The position numbers and the translations under genes were made by a program. Source: Candidatus Woesearchaeota archaeon (lineage in GTDB: Archaea; Nanobdellota; Nanobdellia; Woesearchaeales; JABIAG01). Taken from it: a stretch of 64,000 bases of DNA. The DNA is taken from the NCBI GenBank assembly GCA_018653365.1, contig JABIAG010000001.1, positions 640,001 through 704,000 of the forward strand, in the 5' to 3' direction. Every line of letters begins with the position of its first letter. Within the stretch, counting starts at the first letter, position 1. The notes beneath the pieces were generated by a model, which made no database searches, had not been told where the DNA came from, and was given only the letters and a program-made list of their open reading frames with translations. Below are positions 58,267 to 64,000 of this stretch, in pieces.

Positions 58267-59946
58267 ATGTTAAAAGAAAAACAGTATCCTGAATTAATTC
58301 TGACTTTCACTCCAAATACAATAGAACATTTAGGCGTGAGGATGTATTCAACAGCCCCCCCCGTAATTGCCGAATTGGTAGCAAATTCGTATGATGCGGA
58401 TGCAACCGAAGTCCACATCCATTTAAAAGACAAGGTTAAAAAAGAAATTGTTATATCTGATAACGGCCACGGCATGTCTTTTCAAGACATTAATGACAAG
58501 TTTTTAAGAATTGGAAGAAATCGCAGAACTGAAGAAGAAAGTCAAACATCCCCAAAAGGAAGAAAAGTAATTGGGAAAAAAGGATTAGGGAAATTATCTT
58601 TTTTTGGTATTGCTCAAGAAATCGAAGTCCAGACAATAAAAGATGGAAAAAAGAATTCTTTTTTAATGCGCTGGACGGACATTACTAAAAAAGGTGATAA
58701 AACCAAACAAAGAGATTACGCCCCCACCATTTTAGAATTTGATGTTAAAAACAACAAACCAAGTGGAACATCAATAATTTTGAGGTCAATCAACAGAGTT
58801 AGTGATTTTGATGCGAATACACTTGCTAACAGTTTATCCAAAATATTCATAACTGAACCCGACTTTAAAATATATGTAAAACATAATGAAAATCCAGACA
58901 TATTAATTGATAATAAACGAAAGTATTCCCAACTAGAACCACAGGTCAAATGGAACATTCCAAAAGACATCGATCTTGAATCGCAGCATAATAACATTAA
59001 ACTAATAAAAGGACAGTTACTTGCTACTAAAAAACCAATATCCCCCAACACTCATCTTCGCGGCATAACCTTGTTTTCAAGAAAAAAGCTTGTAAATGCC
59101 CCAGAATACTTCTCCGACAGTACTTCAAGTCACTTTTTTTCATATTTGACAGGTTGGCTCGAGGTCGATTTTATAGATGACCTTGAAGAAGACGTAATTG
59201 GAACTAACCGCCAATCCCTAAATTGGGGAAATAAAGACATGATTGAGTTAAGAAAACAATTACAAGACTTGTTAAGATGGCTTGAAAAAGATTGGAGAAA
59301 AAAACGTTCAGAAATCCGAGAAGAAAACATTGAAAAAACTACAGGAGTAAAAATCAGTGAATGGTTTGACAAGTTACCAAAAAAACTTCGGCAAAAAGTA
59401 AAACCCATCGTAGAATCAATTGTTAGAGAGTCTGAATTGCCAGATGAAGTGGGAACTCAAGCTGTAAAAAACTTTCATGAAATTGTTCCAGAATACCCCT
59501 TTTACCACTGGCGTAACTTACATCCTGAAGTAAGATTCAAATCTGAGAAGTATTATAAGACTAAGGACTATTATACCGCGTTATCTGAATGTGCAAAAAG
59601 ATATCTAAATGCTGTAAAGGTTAAAACTTCATCCCCCCTTATTGAGAGAAACCTACTGGAAAGTGTTTTTTCAATTAAAGATCCAATTTTGTCAGTAACT
59701 AATAAATTCAAAAAACCCGATGGAAAAGAGTTCGAATCAAAAACTATAGTTAACATTAATGAGGGTCATCGTATGCTGGCTATTGCTTTGTGGACCGCAT
59801 TTAGGTGTCCTATCGCACACGAAGAAGTTGTTGATCTACGAAAATCAGGGTTGTTTACTGAAAAGGATTGTTTAGATGCTTTAAGCTTACTTTCTCATCT
59901 GTTTCATAGATTAGATGGATCTGAAGTTATTACTAATTCTGAATAA
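58267..59946 (+). CDS. GHKL (MORC/MutL-like) ATPase fused to a C-terminal TIGR02391/HEPN-like domain
   Basis: ELVANSYDADA, DNGHGM, GKKGLGK, GT boxes; C-terminus LHPE...DY..A...FRCPIAHE (Rx4H)...LSLLSHL. Confidence 0.8.
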   Translation: MLKEKQYPELILTFTPNTIEHLGVRMYSTAPPVIAELVANSYDADATEVHIHLKDKVKKEIVISDNGHGMSFQDINDKFLRIGRNRRTEEESQTSPKGRKVIGKKGLGKLSFFGIAQEIEVQTIKDGKKNSFLMRWTDITKKGDKTKQRDYAPTILEFDVKNNKPSGTSIILRSINRVSDFDANTLANSLSKIFITEPDFKIYVKHNENPDILIDNKRKYSQLEPQVKWNIPKDIDLESQHNNIKLIKGQLLATKKPISPNTHLRGITLFSRKKLVNAPEYFSDSTSSHFFSYLTGWLEVDFIDDLEEDVIGTNRQSLNWGNKDMIELRKQLQDLLRWLEKDWRKKRSEIREENIEKTTGVKISEWFDKLPKKLRQKVKPIVESIVRESELPDEVGTQAVKNFHEIVPEYPFYHWRNLHPEVRFKSEKYYKTKDYYTALSECAKRYLNAVKVKTSSPLIERNLLESVFSIKDPILSVTNKFKKPDGKEFESKTIVNINEGHRMLAIALWTAFRCPIAHEEVVDLRKSGLFTEKDCLDALSLLSHLFHRLDGSEVITNSE

Positions 59947-60193
59947 GTTTTTGTTTAAACCTTTTGTAAAAATAACCAAAACCTTTACACAACATCACTA
60001 CGCTTCGCTTTGTTCTGAGCATAAAGCTTTCTTTAAACAGGGTTTGCATAAGAAGTGTGAATTGCACATTAAGTGGTTAGGAAGATTGATAATGGAGAAT
60101 TTTTGTAGTGATGACGGGTTTTTGTGCAATCTTGTAGTGGAAGTTGCATAAAAAAACAAAAAGATTAAATAAACTAAATAAATATGTATTAAA

Positions 60194-60418
60194 ATGAAAA
60201 AAGCAATAATAACAATAATCCTGATTCTTATTTTATTAATTAGCGCATACATTTACATTCAAACAACAAACCTTCAAGACTACCCCCCTGTTCGAGATTG
60301 CAAATCAAGAGGAGGAGAATGTGTTAGTGAAAACATAGGATGTGATGAAGGAATAGAAGAATATCCAAAAACTGTTTGTGAAAAAGAAGATAAAATATGT
60401 TGTCTTGTTAATGTTTAA
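60194..60418 (+). CDS. Small secreted or anchored six-cysteine protein
   Basis: Signal/TM helix followed by C-x6-C-x6-C-x11-C-x6-CC. Confidence 0.7.
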   Translation: MKKAIITIILILILLISAYIYIQTTNLQDYPPVRDCKSRGGECVSENIGCDEGIEEYPKTVCEKEDKICCLVNV

Positions 60419-60580
60419 TTATTTCTGAAGTTATAATACTCCCACTCTTCGCTTCAAACTTGACATCCAATTCTCCTGGTAGAGTTTTTGTGCAAAGCCC
60501 AAATAACCAAAACCTTTATATACTAGCTTGGTTTAGTGTAGTTGTTGTTGAGTTAAAGTCAACGCGTAAAAGGTGGGAAT

Positions 60581-61090
60581 ATGGATAAAAAAGCAGAAAT
60601 CAAAGAAGCAGTAAAGAAATGCAAAACAGAAAAAAAAGAACTAAAGAAAGAAGTAAAGAGTGAAAAAGTACAAATCTCTGAACTAACAATACTACTCCAA
60701 AGAACACAAGCAGACTTTGAAAACTTCAGAAAGCGAGCAGAAGTAGCAAAAAAAGAACTAACATACTATTTTAAAAAAGAAATAATCACAAGTTTACTAC
60801 CAACTCTAGACATGTTCAACCTAGCCCTAAAACACACAGAAAACAAAGACGAATTCATAAAAGGAATGGAGATGATATACGCCCAATTCCTAGCAACCCT
60901 AGAAAACGAAGGATTAGAGCCGATCAAGGACATTAAGGTTTTTGATGCTGAACTACACGAAGCCATAATGGCAGAAGAATCAGACCAAAAAGACGGAACC
61001 ATACTAGAAGAATTACAAAAAGGATACAAAATCAATGGAAAAGTAGTAAGATGTTCACGAGTAAAGGTATCACAAAAGAATGCAAAATAA
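60581..61090 (+). CDS. grpE: Nucleotide exchange factor GrpE
   Basis: RTQADFENFRKR, LLPTLD, FDAELHEA, ELQKGY....VVR..RVKV. Confidence 0.95.
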   Translation: MDKKAEIKEAVKKCKTEKKELKKEVKSEKVQISELTILLQRTQADFENFRKRAEVAKKELTYYFKKEIITSLLPTLDMFNLALKHTENKDEFIKGMEMIYAQFLATLENEGLEPIKDIKVFDAELHEAIMAEESDQKDGTILEELQKGYKINGKVVRCSRVKVSQKNAK

Positions 61091-61445
61091 ATTCATATGC
61101 GAAGATTGTGGAAAATGTTGCTTAATGGGAAGTGGATTCCTAGCAGGTAATGACAAAAAATTAATCGCAAAGTTCCTCAAGATAAGCGAGGAACAATTAG
61201 AAAAATCACATTTAGAAAAAGTGGATATGAACGGTGTGGAAGCATGGAGACCAAAATTCAAAAAACCATTTGGACCATGCACATTTTACAAAGAAGAGGT
61301 TCACTGCATCATACACCCCGTAAAGCCTGAGTTATGCCGACTTGCAAACTGCAAACATGACGCAACTCAGGAATTTTACAAAAAATATTATCAAAAAGAA
61401 CAAAAAGAGCTATGGAAGATAGCAGAAGAAATCGGAGGAAAATAA
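61080..61445 (+). CDS. YkgJ-family cysteine-cluster protein
   Basis: [24 protein letters not shown]. Confidence 0.85.
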   Translation: MQNKFICEDCGKCCLMGSGFLAGNDKKLIAKFLKISEEQLEKSHLEKVDMNGVEAWRPKFKKPFGPCTFYKEEVHCIIHPVKPELCRLANCKHDATQEFYKKYYQKEQKELWKIAEEIGGK

Positions 61446-61446
61446 A

Positions 61447-63309
61447 ATGACAGATAAAAAAGAAGAAGTTAAAGGAAGAACAATCGGAATAGATTTAGGT
61501 ACAACATTCTCAGCAGTAGCAGTAATGGAAGGTGGAAAAGCAACCATAATCCCAAATGCAGAAGGAGAAAGAACAACCCCCTCAGTAGTACTAATTAAAG
61601 GCGGAGAAAGAATAGTTGGAAAGTTAGCAAAAAACCAAGCAGTAACCAACCCACAACACACAATCAGATCCATCAAAAGAAAAATGGGAACTGACGAAAA
61701 AGTAACTGTTGATGGAAAAGACTACTCCTCACAAGAAATCTCAGCAATAATTTTACAAAAACTAAAAACAGACGCTGAAGCCTACTTGGGAGGACAAGTA
61801 GACAATGCAGTAATCACAGTACCCGCATACTTTAACGACGCACAAAGACAAGCAACAAAAGACGCAGGAAAAGTAGCAGGACTAAACGTTTTAAGAATAG
61901 TAAACGAACCAACCGCAGCATCACTAGCATACGGAATGGACAAAAGCAACGACCACACCGTACTAGTATTTGATTTCGGAGGCGGAACATTTGATGTAAG
62001 TGTAATGGAATTGGGGGATGGAGTATTCGAAGTTAAATCCACTAGTGGAAATAACAAACTAGGAGGAGATGACATTGACGAAATAATTATAGACTTTTTA
62101 GCAGACAAATTCAAAACCGAACAAGGAATTGATCTAAAAAGCGATGCACAAGCATTACAAAGACTAAAAGAAGCAGCAGAAAACGCAAAAAGAGAACTAA
62201 GTACTTCTCAACAAACAACAATAAACATACCCTTTGTAACATCTGACGCAAACGGACCAAAACACTTAAACGTTGATCTAACAAGAGCTAAGTTCGAAGA
62301 ATTAATATCAGACATCTTAGACAAACTAAAAGGACCAACAGAACAAGCACTAAAAGACTCCGGAGTAAAAGAAGTAGACAAAGTATTACTAGTTGGAGGA
62401 TCAACAAGAATTCCATCCGTACAAGCACTAGTAAAAGATCTAACCAACAAAGAGGGAGATAAAAGTGTTAATCCAGATGAGGCAGTAGCATTAGGTGCTG
62501 CAATACAAGCAGGAATTTTAGGTGGAGATGTAAAAGATGTTTTATTACTCGATGTAACACCACTATCACTGGGAATAGAAACCCTGGGTGGAGTAGCTAC
62601 TAAGTTAATAGAAAGAAACACTACCATACCTACTAAGAAAAGCCAGGTGTTCTCAACCGCAGCAGACAATCAACCAGAAGTAACCATAAATGTACTTCAG
62701 GGTGAAAGAGCAATGGCAACTGACAACAAAACACTAGGAACATTCAACCTAGATGGAATACCGCCAGCTCCAAGAGGAGTACCACAAATTGAGGTAACCT
62801 TCGACATTGATGCAAACGGCATTGTAAACGTATCTGCAAAAGATTTAGGAACCAAAAAAGAACAAAAAATAACCGTAACCGGAAGTTCTAACCTAAAAGA
62901 CGAAGATATTGAAAAAATGCAGAAAGACGCAGAAGCACACGCAGAAGAAGATAAGAAAAATCTAGAAAAGATCAACACTCTAAACGAAGCTGAAAGCCTA
63001 GTTGCACAATACGAAAAAACCATAAAAGATATGGGAGACAAAGTTGACAAGAAACAACTAGAACCTATTAAGAAAGATATTGAATCCTTAAAAGAATTGC
63101 TGAAAGACAAAGAAAAAAATTATGAAGCAATCAAAAAGAAAAAGGAAGAAGTAACTGAAAAGTTCAATAAGGTTGCGCAAGAAATGTACTCCAAAGTCAA
63201 CGAAGAACAAGCAGCAAAAAGCAAAGAAGACAAAAAAGACGAAAAAGTTGTTGATGCTGAAGTTGTTGACGAGAAAGACAAAAGCGAAAAGGATAAAAAG
63301 AAAGAGTGA
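61447..63309 (+). CDS. dnaK: Chaperone DnaK
   Basis: [46 protein letters not shown]. Confidence 0.98.
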   Translation: MTDKKEEVKGRTIGIDLGTTFSAVAVMEGGKATIIPNAEGERTTPSVVLIKGGERIVGKLAKNQAVTNPQHTIRSIKRKMGTDEKVTVDGKDYSSQEISAIILQKLKTDAEAYLGGQVDNAVITVPAYFNDAQRQATKDAGKVAGLNVLRIVNEPTAASLAYGMDKSNDHTVLVFDFGGGTFDVSVMELGDGVFEVKSTSGNNKLGGDDIDEIIIDFLADKFKTEQGIDLKSDAQALQRLKEAAENAKRELSTSQQTTINIPFVTSDANGPKHLNVDLTRAKFEELISDILDKLKGPTEQALKDSGVKEVDKVLLVGGSTRIPSVQALVKDLTNKEGDKSVNPDEAVALGAAIQAGILGGDVKDVLLLDVTPLSLGIETLGGVATKLIERNTTIPTKKSQVFSTAADNQPEVTINVLQGERAMATDNKTLGTFNLDGIPPAPRGVPQIEVTFDIDANGIVNVSAKDLGTKKEQKITVTGSSNLKDEDIEKMQKDAEAHAEEDKKNLEKINTLNEAESLVAQYEKTIKDMGDKVDKKQLEPIKKDIESLKELLKDKEKNYEAIKKKKEEVTEKFNKVAQEMYSKVNEEQAAKSKEDKKDEKVVDAEVVDEKDKSEKDKKKE

Positions 63310-63321
63310 GTCTAGCTTAGA

Positions 63322-63489
63322 ATGGAGTTCGACATAAGCTGGATATTTTTTTTACTTATTTTAATATATTTCCTAAGTAAACTCTGGAAAGATACAAAAG
63401 TAAGCAGAAAAATGAAAAAACACTTCCAGTGGGAACTTAACGAAGTACTCACTAATGAAAAACACAAAGTAAAAGGCAAACATGACTAA
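63322..63489 (+). CDS. Small single-TM protein, 55 aa (not in ORF track)
   Basis: [55 protein letters not shown]; overlaps the dnaJ start. Confidence 0.6.
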   Translation: MEFDISWIFFLLILIYFLSKLWKDTKVSRKMKKHFQWELNEVLTNEKHKVKGKHD

Positions 63490-64000
63490 CGATTACTACG
63501 AAACACTAGGAATAGAAAAAGGTGCAAGTAAAGAAGAGATCAAAAAAGCATATAAGACACTAGCTAAAAAATATCATCCAGACATAAACAAAGAATCAGG
63601 TTCTGAAGAAAAATTTAAAGAAATAAACGAAGCAGCTGCCGTACTAGGTGATGATGCAAAAAGAGAACAATATGATCGCTTCGGAACAGCAGACAATACT
63701 GGCCAAGGATTTGGAGGAGGATTTGACTTCGGAGGAATGGATTTCGGAGATATCTTCGACCAAGTATTCAGCGGATTCGGAGGCGGATTTGGCGGAAGAA
63801 AAAAACAACCCCGAAGAGGATCAGACTTACGATACGATATTGAAATCAGTTTAGAAGAAGCAGCCGAAGGAATGGAAAAAGAAGTTACAATACCAAAACT
63901 AGACACCTGCGACCAATGTAGCGGAACAGGCGCAGATGAAGACAGCCAAGTAAAAACTTGTTCAGAATGTGGTGGAAGTGGAGTAACAAACAAACAGCAA
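63482..64000 (+). CDS. dnaJ: Chaperone DnaJ (truncated by window end)
   Basis: [10 protein letters not shown]...KKYHPD, G/F-rich region, CDQCSGTG and CSECGGSG zinc repeats. Confidence 0.95.
   Translation, partial: MTNDYYETLGIEKGASKEEIKKAYKTLAKKYHPDINKESGSEEKFKEINEAAAVLGDDAKREQYDRFGTADNTGQGFGGGFDFGGMDFGDIFDQVFSGFGGGFGGRKKQPRRGSDLRYDIEISLEEAAEGMEKEVTIPKLDTCDQCSGTGADEDSQVKTCSECGGSGVTNKQQ

Noticed and set aside
61410-63993. Antisense and alternative-frame ORFs over dnaK and dnaJ (and similar ones over the S-layer, kinase and ATPase genes)
   Set aside because: Shadow ORFs produced by the codon bias of the real genes.
1-64000. CRISPR array, rRNA, transposase or prophage
   Set aside because: No regularly spaced repeats, rRNA-like GC-rich tracts, or transposase, integrase or capsid motifs were seen.

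Overview
AT-rich, gene-dense archaeal chromosome segment. The markers rpl44e, rpl37e, rps8e, SmAP, a GINS-like protein, gatD, an S-layer protein, a class III pilin, TATA-type promoters and a tRNA-Leu without CCA place it in the archaea. Their combination with bacterial-type lspA, pduL and grpE-dnaK-dnaJ suggests a DPANN lineage, probably Woesearchaeota-like (inference). Positions 1-30 kb are mostly housekeeping genes, orphans and a cyclase/kinase signalling pair. The most notable region is 32-56 kb, which holds two tightly coupled enzyme operons. Operon A (- strand) encodes a MoaA-like radical SAM enzyme, an amidinotransferase, a dTMP-kinase-like protein, a Nudix-DegT aminotransferase-Nudix fusion and a second dTMP-kinase-like protein. 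Operon B (+ strand) encodes a B12 radical SAM enzyme, a second radical SAM enzyme, an ArgRS-like orphan, a SPASM radical SAM enzyme, a HIT protein, two HD proteins and a Nudix hydrolase. argH-argG lies next to operon B. A degenerate TyrRS-fold protein fused to a winged HTH lies upstream of operon A and shares a 26-bp upstream element with it. Together these look like an undescribed pathway for an amino/guanidino-modified nucleoside or nucleotide, with an aaRS-derived regulator. Downstream are a C5 DNA methyltransferase plus GHKL-ATPase/HEPN-like pair (candidate defence system) and the dnaK operon. All family assignments come from manual motif recognition; no database searches were run.
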